From positions 32,001-96,000 of the IMG/VR virus record IMGVR_UViG_3300023048_000002: a DNA stretch of 64,000 bases; one strand, 5' to 3'. Below are positions 27,232 through 36,600 of this stretch, in pieces (position 1 is the first letter of the stretch; each line of letters begins with the position of its first letter). Origin of the DNA: a virus (Duplodnaviria; Caudoviricetes). Under the pieces are notes generated by a model that did not search any database, had not been told where the DNA came from, and saw only the letters and a program-made list of their open reading frames with translations. The position numbers and the translations under genes are program-made.

Positions 27232-27620
27232 TAATCATTCCTCGCTATGTCTCTTGATTTTTCAAGAATTTCTTTGAATGTCGGCATATATTTAAAATTG
27301 ACACCCTTCTCCCATGGAGCCACAAGCTTCGTATACATATGGTGTTCATAGGCACAGTTGTAATCATTCTGACTAATAATGTCAACTTTACGTACTCCAT
27401 TACCATTCTCTTTTAAGATATAGGAGTGATGAGTTTTTTGGCCGGTATCAGTCCATGATGTATAAGCTGTAATATGACCAATGACATAGAACTTCTTAGT
27501 CATCTGGAATTCAATCTGATTCAAGAGTTCAAGTTCTTTTTCTTGTAGCTGACGATTTTCCCACCATCGTTTAATAAAATTAAACACATTAACTTCCTCT
27601 GATAGCTCTAATAGTTTCAA
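27231..27620 (-). CDS. hypothetical protein; true start probably near 27589
   Basis: ORF whose 5' end overlaps the upstream gene. Confidence 0.6.
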   Translation of the reverse strand: MKLLELSEEVNVFNFIKRWWENRQLQEKELELLNQIEFQMTKKFYVIGHITAYTSWTDTGQKTHHSYILKENGNGVRKVDIISQNDYNCAYEHHMYTKLVAPWEKGVNFKYMPTFKEILEKSRDIARND

Positions 27621-28254
27621 TCATTGCTAATTTACTGGCTACGGCAATATTTTGATTTGCCTTATCCATATAATCATGATGGTTAATTCCCATATGACCC
27701 TGTAGCAGGCTGATGGCATCCTTTATTTTCTTTGCATCCCTTTGAGTAGATTCTTTCCTGCGTATGTCTTCCAATAATTGAAACTTTGATTCTAGTTTGG
27801 GATTAGGTTTCGGTGGAAACTTTGGTGTCTGTTCCTTCTTCGAAGTAATCTCCAATTCTTCCTTGGTACTCTTATTAAAGAAGTTTTTCTTTTCAATAGT
27901 TCCCTGTACAGGCTGTTTGAAATCTTCTGGATTATGCTTCTTAACCGGAGGCTTAATGAACTGTTTGGTAGCTCTAGACTTTTGGTCATATTCATGCTCT
28001 GCAATGCGATCATTGATGATATCCAATGCTATCTGCTTATCACCATTCACACAACGACTGCACAAATAATCATAATCTGTTCCACGATAATCATAATCTG
28101 TTCCATGATAATATCGATTTTTTAAAAGAATCTTCCAACCAAGTTCAAAAGAAAATTCATTATTACAGAAATGACAAGTCTTCCACTTAAAGATCGGAAA
28201 GCAGCGGCTAGCCTCATCTGGAAATTTAATCTTTTCTTTCTTTAGACGATACAT
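27589..28254 (-). CDS. hypothetical protein with two CxxC motifs
   Basis: CHFC ... CSRC. Confidence 0.65.
   Translation of the reverse strand: MYRLKKEKIKFPDEASRCFPIFKWKTCHFCNNEFSFELGWKILLKNRYYHGTDYDYRGTDYDYLCSRCVNGDKQIALDIINDRIAEHEYDQKSRATKQFIKPPVKKHNPEDFKQPVQGTIEKKNFFNKSTKEELEITSKKEQTPKFPPKPNPKLESKFQLLEDIRRKESTQRDAKKIKDAISLLQGHMGINHHDYMDKANQNIAVASKLAMIETIRAIRGS
28066..28112. repeat. 21-bp tandem duplication, about 2.2 copies, in frame
   Basis: ATAATCATAATCTGTTCCA(C/T)G twice, encoding HGTDYDY/RGTDYDY. Confidence 0.85.
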
Positions 28255-28256
28255 TG

Positions 28257-28765
28257 TTATTCCTTTACTAGCTGCTCACGGACTTTCTCAAGGACTAGAC
28301 CTAGAAGATTGTCACCTTGCCACTGTGATTTATTAATTGCACGAGGATCATTGGCTGACATGCCAATTCCCCACACCTTATCATACGGTGAAGCTTCAAC
28401 GATTTCAAGACCAACGGTTGCAAGTAGAACCTTGGCTGCATCTGGATTCTGTTGGAACTTGGCTAGGCAACCCTCATAGACTGCATCAAAGCGAACCTTA
28501 GCCATGCTGCGTCATTATAATCCTTTACCTGACGACCAATGGCCTTAATTTTCTTTGGGTCTTTTGACTTGAGGATGCTGGCGGCTGCAACGGTGTCGTT
28601 GAACAGCATGGCTTTGCGATACATCATATAGTGTTCTGATGTATGAAAGAGAATGTCATCCACAAAGAAGGATGACTTATGCCAGTTGGAAAGGGGACTA
28701 CCCCAAAAGAACGCGAAGCCGCTATTAACGGAAATTCCGTAGTCGGAAAGATTTAGTGTGTTCAT
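28257..28765 (-). pseudogene. NADAR/YbiA-family ADP-ribosylglycohydrolase broken by a 1-nt frameshift near 28503 (real or sequencing error)
   Basis: N-half FFW..PLSNW..SEHYMMYRKA.LF.D..GRQV and C-half AKF.QN..EASPYDKVWGIG..W.G.NLLG..L are in different frames. Confidence 0.85.
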
Positions 28766-28767
28766 GA

Positions 28768-28816
28768 CAGTTATCCTTATCCAACAATGATAACTGGCAA
28801 TGGACTAGTTAATCAA
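28768..28816 (-). promoter_or_regulatory. sigma70-type promoter with an RBS-adjacent hairpin
   Basis: TTGATT-N18-TATCAT; CAGTTATC...GATAACTG 8-bp stem 28768-28796. Confidence 0.5.
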
Positions 28817-28979
28817 GGTTATATTCTGTTGACATCGTTATCGTGTCAACCGCCTTGATCGGACGGATCATAATGGATAGGGTACCGTCTTCTGCGGTTT
28901 CGATTGAATATCCTTCAATCATACGCTTTGCTACATATTCATCGAGGCAATTTTTAGCCTCTACAACATTTAAAAACAT
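28809..28979 (-). CDS. hypothetical 56 aa protein, not in the ORF track
   Basis: Hand-translated MFLNVVEAKNCLDEY...LSIMIRPIKAVDTITM; fills the gap. Confidence 0.5.
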   Translation of the reverse strand: MFLNVVEAKNCLDEYVAKRMIEGYSIETAEDGTLSIMIRPIKAVDTITMSTEYNLD

Positions 28980-28982
28980 ATA

Positions 28983-29168
28983 TTATTTTTCAACCTTAAC
29001 AAATTTTAACTTGGTAGAAGCAATAATGTTGGTTACTTCGTCCTCACAGCTTCCACAGATATTGGAGACGCCTAGGACTTCAGAAATCTTTTCAACAGTA
29101 TCACTACCTTTTTTAATCTCATCGATGATCATCTCATCAGTGATCGCGCTACACATGCAAACAAACAT
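28983..29168 (-). CDS. bfd: bacterioferritin-associated ferredoxin-like [2Fe-2S] protein
   Basis: MFVCMC.AITD ... LGV...CGSC. Confidence 0.85.
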   Translation of the reverse strand: MFVCMCSAITDEMIIDEIKKGSDTVEKISEVLGVSNICGSCEDEVTNIIASTKLKFVKVEK

Positions 29169-29175
29169 AAAAATA

Positions 29176-29216
29176 AACCTCGTTTATAGATATTTATGCT
29201 ATCCTAAAACGAGGTT
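29176..29216 (-). promoter_or_regulatory. RBS-sequestering hairpin with a late promoter in its loop
   Basis: AACCTCGTTT-N21-AAACGAGGTT; CATAAATA at 29191-29198; GAGG RBS in the 3' arm. Confidence 0.65.
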
Positions 29217-29227
29217 GTTAATCAATT

Positions 29228-29923
29228 TTATTTTATTATCGACTTGACATAGTTAGACAATGAATGATACTTAAATGGGTTGGAGAACTTTCCTTTCGAT
29301 TTAAGTTTAAGAGTATTGTTAGGCCTAAACCAGCGATAAAGTGGTATACTAAAGGGAATCCAAGTAACGAAGTCTTGCATTATACGATACGATGTGCTTG
29401 ATTCAGATAGAAACTTATCTTTAAATAATAGGTTAGGTGATGCAAAGCATACACACTTCGAAGACTTCGTATAGCTTATATTATACAGAGATGCTACCGC
29501 CGCACCCAACGAGTGTCCGGTGAAGATGATCTGCTTACCTTTGTCAATAGAGTTGATGTAATCCTTAATGAATTGCTCATATCTCTTATGATAAAGAACA
29601 AAGCCACCATGGGCTTTTAGATCATACATAAAATACTTCGGAACAAAGTTAAGAATGATCTTCCAGTTAGACCACATGGAAGGTTCCGTTCCCCTGAATG
29701 CAATATAGATTGCATCTGATGTTTCCCCAATAAGACACTTCATACCTTGATACTCAAGTATCTTATAAGGTATATCTAGCTTGTCTAAATTTTTTGCAAT
29801 GAATGAATTTGAGAAGTACGCTAACGAAGAAAGTCCTAACGCGTGCGTTAGGACTTTCTGGTCATCTTGCACATCAGCCATTCGCTTCAAAAGCGTTCTT
29901 ATGACTAAAAGTTTTGCTTTCAT
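29228..29923 (-). CDS. class 3 lipase (alpha/beta hydrolase)
   Basis: IAFRGTE, AHGGF, FTGHSLGAAVA, FASP, DFV..IP, HSL..Y. Confidence 0.88.
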   Translation of the reverse strand: MKAKLLVIRTLLKRMADVQDDQKVLTHALGLSSLAYFSNSFIAKNLDKLDIPYKILEYQGMKCLIGETSDAIYIAFRGTEPSMWSNWKIILNFVPKYFMYDLKAHGGFVLYHKRYEQFIKDYINSIDKGKQIIFTGHSLGAAVASLYNISYTKSSKCVCFASPNLLFKDKFLSESSTSYRIMQDFVTWIPFSIPLYRWFRPNNTLKLKSKGKFSNPFKYHSLSNYVKSIIK

Positions 29924-30430
29924 TTAAAACTCTGTTTTCTTAGTATCTTGTTTTGAGTGTAAAAATTTAACTAGCTGGCTTGGAAGCATATCTTGAATAG
30001 GGCTCATAAGAGTACCGTAGTAAACCTGTGCCATCTTGAAACCTTCACTATCACCCTTTGCTAGATGTTCTTTAAACTTCTCTAGAGCTTCGATTGCGTT
30101 ACCTTTCACTCCACTGTAAACAGCGCCAGTGTCATCATAACCCTTCTCATCATACTCATCCATTGAAGCCTTAATTTCACCGAGTCTCTTGGCAATCCAT
30201 TTAGTGACATCTGACGGTACTTCTACCTTTTCAGCCTGCTCAGTATCGATTCCCTGCTTGGCAATATTGACTTCCATCGTATCGGTATTAAATTCTTTAG
30301 TCAAAAGGTTATCACCTTCAGCAGGTTCAAGACCATTGGATGGAGTACCATTTGAAAACTTAATAACTGGAACCTCGGCTTCTACAACCGTCTCAACACC
30401 AGCTAATTTCAAAAGTCTCTGTAAGTCCAT
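29924..30430 (-). CDS. hypothetical late protein, possibly head-associated
   Basis: Likely start MDLQRLLKLAG at 30430 (AGGA RBS; AATAAATA at 30450-30457). Confidence 0.7.
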   Translation of the reverse strand: MDLQRLLKLAGVETVVEAEVPVIKFSNGTPSNGLEPAEGDNLLTKEFNTDTMEVNIAKQGIDTEQAEKVEVPSDVTKWIAKRLGEIKASMDEYDEKGYDDTGAVYSGVKGNAIEALEKFKEHLAKGDSEGFKMAQVYYGTLMSPIQDMLPSQLVKFLHSKQDTKKTEF

Positions 30431-30452
30431 AATAATTCCTAATTTCTTATAT

Positions 30453-30779
30453 TTATTGTTTAATAGACCAGTCCGCCTTAAAACCACGAGCATCAAATAA
30501 GTTCTTGATGGCATAGCCAAATAGCTGTGTATACTGAGCCCAACGTTCTTTTAGATTAGCTTTAGGGATAGGAATTTCAAGATTGTGAAATGCTGCATTA
30601 ACCACATCAATAGGACTACTCCAATTTACTGATAAGTCACGGCAAATCTTATTAATTTCTTTCTTAATATAAGAGATTGTATCATTAGGGAATGGCTCTT
30701 GTGGATCAGTCTCCACAAACTTTAATTCCTTCTTCTTTTCCTTCTCTTTCTCTAGGAGGATATCCTTAATTTTTTTCAT
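30453..30779 (-). CDS. hypothetical protein
   Basis: 108 aa; MKKIKDILLE N-terminus. Confidence 0.7.
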   Translation of the reverse strand: MKKIKDILLEKEKEKKKELKFVETDPQEPFPNDTISYIKKEINKICRDLSVNWSSPIDVVNAAFHNLEIPIPKANLKERWAQYTQLFGYAIKNLFDARGFKADWSIKQ

Positions 30780-31155
30780 TGCAATCCTTTGTTACATCAA
30801 CAGCTAATGTATAAACTGAAGATGCACCGAATACTAATGCCTGTGGTAATGGAGATACAGGAATTGGTGACTTCGCTGCAAGGTCATTATAGCCATCAAC
30901 GATTTTCTCAAGCTTACAAGCATACTGCATGGTCTGCTTTAAAGAGATAGCATAGGCCTTTGTCAACTCACCCTGATCATCCTTCTGAGCATCAGTCAAT
31001 TGAGTGATAGCCAATACTGGACGGGCATATGAGGGAGAATGAGGGACTACGTAAACTGGTACTTCCTTGGTGACTACACTGACAGGTTTGACACTGGTGT
31101 CAGCACATGCCGTAAGCATTACTAGGCCTAGGGTTAATAGAATATTTCTTACCAT
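30766..31155 (-). CDS. o-spanin (outer-membrane lipoprotein)
   Basis: Signal peptide with lipobox LTAC, Pro-rich, overlaps the upstream TM coiled-coil gene. Confidence 0.75.
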   Translation of the reverse strand: MVRNILLTLGLVMLTACADTSVKPVSVVTKEVPVYVVPHSPSYARPVLAITQLTDAQKDDQGELTKAYAISLKQTMQYACKLEKIVDGYNDLAAKSPIPVSPLPQALVFGASSVYTLAVDVTKDCNEKN

Positions 31156-31526
31156 TTGTACAACTCCAAATTATCTTTCAAGTATTTCTTAGAGTCATCA
31201 CAGGTCTTTGGTGCCGGTGCATTCTTCAATGCATTAATTAGAGTCGTGTTCTTCTGATCGTTCTTGGTAAGTGTATCGCCAATAGCATCAAGAGACTTTT
31301 GAAATCCTGCTGAGATGTTCTGTGCGGCATCAATCTGTTTGTTCTGTGTAGCAATTGTATCTGTCAGAGTCTTGTTGTTAGTCTGTGCAGTGGTGAGATT
31401 TGTGGAAGCCACAGCTAGGTCTTTTGCCAAGGAATCATTCTTGAAATGCTGATACACGTTGAATCCACCAGACGCAAGAAGTAAGACAGCAACCAAGATC
31501 AAACCAATTTTATAAATTAAACTCAT
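31149..31526 (-). CDS. i-spanin
   Basis: N-terminal TM helix, long coiled coil, C-terminal Cys. Confidence 0.75.
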   Translation of the reverse strand: MSLIYKIGLILVAVLLLASGGFNVYQHFKNDSLAKDLAVASTNLTTAQTNNKTLTDTIATQNKQIDAAQNISAGFQKSLDAIGDTLTKNDQKNTTLINALKNAPAPKTCDDSKKYLKDNLELYKW

Positions 31527-31885
31527 ACTGCTTGCCTCGATTTTTTCTTAATGTGTAGCTTATCATTTACTTCTCTCATATCAGAATGCAGGGAAGTTAC
31601 CTTTGTTTCAACTGTAGTAATCTTGTGCTTGGTCTCTGCCATAGCTTCCTTGTTTGCAAACAAGTCAGACTTAACTGTCTGTTCCAAGATAACCATTTCT
31701 TCCAGCTTCCTGTTTAGATAAAGATTTTGGTCTCTTATCTTTTTATGTTCAGCCTTAAGAATCTGTAGATCATTCCTCAACTGTCTATTTGCTTTCTGCA
31801 AATGAATGAGGTCAATTTTTACTGCTTCTCTTAATGAATGAAGCTCTTTAGAAAGAGCTTCATTGGAAATAGATTCCTTTGCCAT
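31523..31885 (-). CDS. coiled-coil hypothetical protein
   Basis: 120 aa, heptad pattern. Confidence 0.65.
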   Translation of the reverse strand: MAKESISNEALSKELHSLREAVKIDLIHLQKANRQLRNDLQILKAEHKKIRDQNLYLNRKLEEMVILEQTVKSDLFANKEAMAETKHKITTVETKVTSLHSDMREVNDKLHIKKKSRQAV

Positions 31886-31906
31886 ATATTTATCCAGTCA
31901 TTTTCT

Positions 31907-32488
31907 TTAGAGTGAAGTTTGAATAAGTGTCCTGAACATTCGGTATACTTTCAAATACTCTTTAATTATATATAGGGAACTCAATGGCTGCGACTGGTCA
32001 ATCTCAAGGAAATCAAACATGTCTCTGCTACTAAATTGGCCCATGACAGCCATTAATGGAAATAAGTCCAAGGCTCTGTCATCAAACTTGAAATGCAAGC
32101 CAACAGAATGGAATACTTTATTTAAGAATGGGATATGGAATGAGTTTGCACGATAACCGAACACTGGAATAGAGTCCTTGACTCCGAAGTGCTTATAGAT
32201 GAATTCACCTAGGATTGCGGCTGCATCCTCAAATGTCTCACCATCATCTCTCAAGTCTGATGTAATACCATGAATATCTTCTAGACGAGAATCCCAAGTA
32301 TACTTCTTAGAATCAAATTTTATCTGTACTGATACAGTCTCTTCAAACTTCAATGTGGATGTGTTCAGTAGGCCTAGAGCCACTGTTAATGGTTGGTTGT
32401 TTGCAGTGATGTCATCACCCTTACTGACACCTGTGGTGTGGCAGTGAATTGCTAATACTTTTTCAAACTTCTTACTTGCTGCTGTCAT
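31907..32488 (-). CDS. DnaQ/DEDD-fold protein with catalytic acids replaced by His
   Basis: LAIHCHTTG (cf. DxETTG), IHGIT, NSFHIPFL (cf. FDxxFL), ALDL. Confidence 0.7.
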   Translation of the reverse strand: MTAASKKFEKVLAIHCHTTGVSKGDDITANNQPLTVALGLLNTSTLKFEETVSVQIKFDSKKYTWDSRLEDIHGITSDLRDDGETFEDAAAILGEFIYKHFGVKDSIPVFGYRANSFHIPFLNKVFHSVGLHFKFDDRALDLFPLMAVMGQFSSRDMFDFLEIDQSQPLSSLYIIKEYLKVYRMFRTLIQTSL

Positions 32489-32756
32489 CTGTTAATTCCT
32501 CTTGAATATCTGACTTTTCTTCTGCGTTCATTTTTCTTGCCTTCCTGATAGCATCCTGAAACTGAAGCTGTGCTAGGAGTGCATATACTTTCTTATTAAC
32601 CTTTGCTAATTTCTTTCTAAAATACTCCTTCTTTAAACTCGTCTTGGCTGTATCAATTTCGTATTTAAGCGCCACAGCCTCTTTACTTAGAGTCTGTACG
32701 TTGATTGCATTCTTCCAGTCTGAGCGAGTAACAGGTGTGATCGGAGTGTCTTGCAT
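32472..32756 (-). CDS. hypothetical protein
   Basis: 94 aa ORF, AAGGA RBS. Confidence 0.65.
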   Translation of the reverse strand: MQDTPITPVTRSDWKNAINVQTLSKEAVALKYEIDTAKTSLKKEYFRKKLAKVNKKVYALLAQLQFQDAIRKARKMNAEEKSDIQEELTDDSSK

Positions 32757-32783
32757 TAGGATATTCCTTTGGGTTATCCTAAA

Positions 32784-32812
32784 ATTATATCATTCACCTC
32801 TTATACAGTCAA
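32784..32812 (-). promoter_or_regulatory. sigma70-type promoter
   Basis: TTGACT-N17-TATAAT with TGn. Confidence 0.8.
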
Positions 32813-32815
32813 TCT

Positions 32816-33565
32816 TTACTGAACCATACCTGTAATGTTTAAATACTGGACATTACCGATTGTTATTGTTTTTGCTTTCTGCTCACCGTCATCTGACATA
32901 TGCGTATTAGGATCGATGTCAGTACCAGCAAGAATTGCCTTTCTTACAGATGTTTCTTGTTTGATGTTGTCGCCAACGTTAAATACCCATAGTTCTTCAT
33001 AGGTTCCATTCTCAGTCTTTCTTTTATAGACTAAGCATGCTCCACGTACTGTGCGGATGGTGCCTTGGAAATCAGGATCACCTTCTTCACTTGTACCAAA
33101 GCCATCATCGTCGCCAAAGCTGAACTCATCATCCTGACCTTCGTCACCAAATCCCATATCGTCTTCAGCAGCAAAGCCATCATCATCCAAATCAAACTCT
33201 GTGGTTTGGTCATCTGGAATGTCAGGTGTGATTAAACGATTAACTGGTGCGTCAACGGTGGTTGGATCACTCCAAGATGCTTCTTCATCTTCTAAAGGAT
33301 AACGACTAGCATTAATGTAATGATCTTCGGCTTCATCATCAATCGAATCAAGGTCGAAAGCAGTGTCACCAGTTTTGTAGGCTCTACGGTTTTGTAAGCT
33401 TGAATTCTCATCTGGCGTCCCAGCAAATGGTTCATCATCAAACATCTTGAAATCATCATCAGAATCATCGAAAGAAGATACACCAGTCTTAAGATGATCA
33501 ATGTCATCTTGATTCTTGATGATGTAGGTTCTTCCTGTATTTTTATTAGTGATTCTAATGCTCAT
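32816..33565 (-). CDS. acidic hypothetical protein, probably late
   Basis: Asp-rich middle, folded C-terminal domain; GATAAATA upstream. Confidence 0.75.
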   Translation of the reverse strand: MSIRITNKNTGRTYIIKNQDDIDHLKTGVSSFDDSDDDFKMFDDEPFAGTPDENSSLQNRRAYKTGDTAFDLDSIDDEAEDHYINASRYPLEDEEASWSDPTTVDAPVNRLITPDIPDDQTTEFDLDDDGFAAEDDMGFGDEGQDDEFSFGDDDGFGTSEEGDPDFQGTIRTVRGACLVYKRKTENGTYEELWVFNVGDNIKQETSVRKAILAGTDIDPNTHMSDDGEQKAKTITIGNVQYLNITGMVQ

Positions 33566-33588
33566 TTAATGTTTCCGGCTTATTTTTA

Positions 33589-33621
33589 TATTTATCAACC
33601 TAGGAGGCTCTAGGATAAATA
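33589..33621. promoter_or_regulatory. divergent pair of late-promoter-like motifs
   Basis: GATAAATA on minus (33589-33596) and on plus (33614-33621). Confidence 0.55.
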
Positions 33622-33646
33622 TTAAAGTTATGGAAACCGGCTGAGT

Positions 33647-36600
33647 ATGAGCGATAATTATAGTGTAATTTATTTAGATATGGATACTGGCAATAAGCTG
33701 TATCTTGAAAAAGCATTGGGTAGTGGCATCGCTCAGTTTAAATACATCCAGAATGTTCCTGCTGCAACATGGACTCTCTTCCATCAACAGTTTTCTGATA
33801 AGTTTGTTATTTCAATTACAGATGAGAATAATGAAGAGATTGTTCCTGACAGCATTGTTGTCTTCGATCTAGATACTATTGCCATTCATTTCTCGGAACC
33901 AGTAATGGGTAAGGCTATCCTTATCATATTTGATAAGAGTAATGCACTCCCAAGTCCAACACCAACAACCACTGCAAGTAACACGCTGACCCCAACTCCT
34001 TCAGTGAGCAAGAGTGTGTCTGCAACTCCAACGCCTACACCTACTAATACACGCACAATTAGTGTAACCCCATCAATCACAGCTTCTATGCATGCTAGTG
34101 CAACACCGTCACCAACCGTTACATTGACTGCCACACCAACTCCTACTCTTACTGTAACACCTAGCGCATCCTCAGCAGTTATCCTGCTTGATGGTCATGT
34201 TGCTGATGCACTAATTAATGATTCCGTTGCCGGTTCATACATGATTGTAAATGGTGATGTTTCTGGAACATTTAGCATATCGAATGATATGGGTGACGAT
34301 GCAACCTTCAGCATTAATTCCGGTACGTTCCCAGCAGGTCTATCTTTGAATAGTGATGGTACCTTTGCTGGTGCATACAATACCGCAGGTAGCTTTACAT
34401 GGGTTGTAAAAGCTGTGGATTCTGAAGGCCGTGTTGGTATGCTTGAAGATAGTAACCAAGTTGCTACCATTGCTGGCTACATTAATGCCACCGCCGTTCT
34501 TGGTGCACAGGTACAATCAAGTAATGCATTAACCCCTCGTGGCCTATGGGCTTTCGTAATGGGTGATTTTGACTTTGTTAATAGATTAATTACTCTATAT
34601 GTGGATGATGTTAATAGAGGAACGGCTCCTGCTGAAGTCGGCCCACAGACAAACATTGATATCACCATCGGTGGTATCAATTATTCATCCGAAGGAATCT
34701 CTGGATGGAGAGGTGATATTTGGGGTGCTGGTATTGCGAATGGTGGTTTGACGGCTGATGAAAGAAGTCTACTATGGAATTCTGGTAACGGTATTCGCTT
34801 TGATGATTTGTCAACTAGAACAGATTCAGTATCTCAGTCACTTTGGGCAAAGATGGCATATGCTTGGCAGTTAGATGACGATGCTACTGGTGATACTTAT
34901 ATCGATTTGACCGGACACAAGAACCTAAGCAAATCTTATACACTAACAAATCGTGATGATAGTAAGTTTGGTAGAGTAACTAATTTCCCTAAATCTGGTA
35001 AGCTAACTGCTATCAACTCAAGTTCAGACGGTTTTGAAAGTAATGATCATTCAACATACTTCGCTTGGGTATTTGCGGAAGTTGAACAGACTGATGACTT
35101 CCCATCTGTAATTTCAAGATATAATGGCGGTGGTAACTTCCAAGGTATCCGTTGCTTCTGGACATCTGATGTCACAGACCCAACTCCAACTCCATCACCA
35201 TCTGTTACACCTTCGCCAGTGACCCCAACTCCTACACCATCTATTAGTATGAGTGTATCTTTAACTCCTTTAGTCACCCCCACGCCAACACCGAGTGTAT
35301 CTACAGGACCAATAATACCATACGAATCAGCTATTTTAAATAGAGGTCCATTAGTATTCTTAAAACTCAATGAGACTTCTGGCTTAATTGCAAAAGATTC
35401 AAGTGGCAATGGCCGTGATGGTACCTATAATAATACAACCATCATCGGTGCTAATGGTCTATATGGGTCACCGTACTCGGCGCGTACCAACTTTGCAGGG
35501 TTTAATATTCCTTGGGATGCTGGCTTAGATGTTACCGGTGATTTCACTATTTTCATGACTGCAAAGATATCTTCTGCAAGCAATAGTAATCAATATCCAA
35601 AATTGGTAAGCAAATATGCTGGTGATGCATCTTCTGGATATGCTACCTATATGCTACAGATGACTGGTAGCAGTGGTGATATGACTAGTCGTGTGAGTAC
35701 AACAGATAACTCATATAATGATATTACTACTTCATATCCCGTAAATGATGACATCACACGTCTATATGCAGTAAGACGCTCTGGTAATGAAGTATCATAT
35801 TTCATTAATGATACCTTGATTGGTAGTATTACTGTCAGTGGTAATAACAGTATTTCAAATTCCCCAATACAAATTGGTGGTGATAATAATGCCCGTGATG
35901 GAATGGATGCAAATGTGCAATGGTTTAGTGTATTTGATTACGCTATAGCTGATAATGATATTACAAGCCTATATTATCTAGCATCGGGTATTACTCCTAC
36001 ACCTACGCCATCAGTAAGCCCTTCCAGTACTCCTAATTTGACTTCAATTGATCCATATTTTAATAATGTTGTATCTCTACTACACTTGGATGGCGATAAT
36101 GGTTCACAAACAATCACTGATCAGATTTCAAGTAATCAATGGACAGCACGTTTAGCCGCAGGGTTGAGTAATGAAAAAACATTAGTATCTGGTACATGTG
36201 CTAGCTTACCCGGAACCGCATATAGTTATCTATCAACCCCATATAACCCAATCTATGACTTCGGTACTGGTGATTTTACTATCGAAATTACAGTCATGTT
36301 CAGAGCATTCAATGGTGAATATCAAATATTTGCATCAAGACAATGTGATAGTCCAGTTTCTATAGCAGTCCAACTTAGGTTAAATCCATCGAATATTATT
36401 GAAACAACCCTCCGTTCAGGAGATGGTAGCCAAGTATTGAATGTGGCAGGCACATCAGTATTATCTGAAAATACCAAGTATTCTATTGGTGTTCGTAGAT
36501 TAAATGGTATTGTAGAACTTTATGTAAATAATATCATGGAAGGCACTATTGCATGTGCATATGATATGTATGATGCTGCTCAAACCCATGGTTGGGTGCT

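Noticed and set aside
27589-27620. MKLLELSE as another capsid-targeting leader
   Set aside because: It lies inside the upstream gene; the true start is probably at the stop/start junction near 27589.
28490-28520. Programmed ribosomal frameshift in NADAR
   Set aside because: No X XXY YYZ slippery heptamer at the junction.
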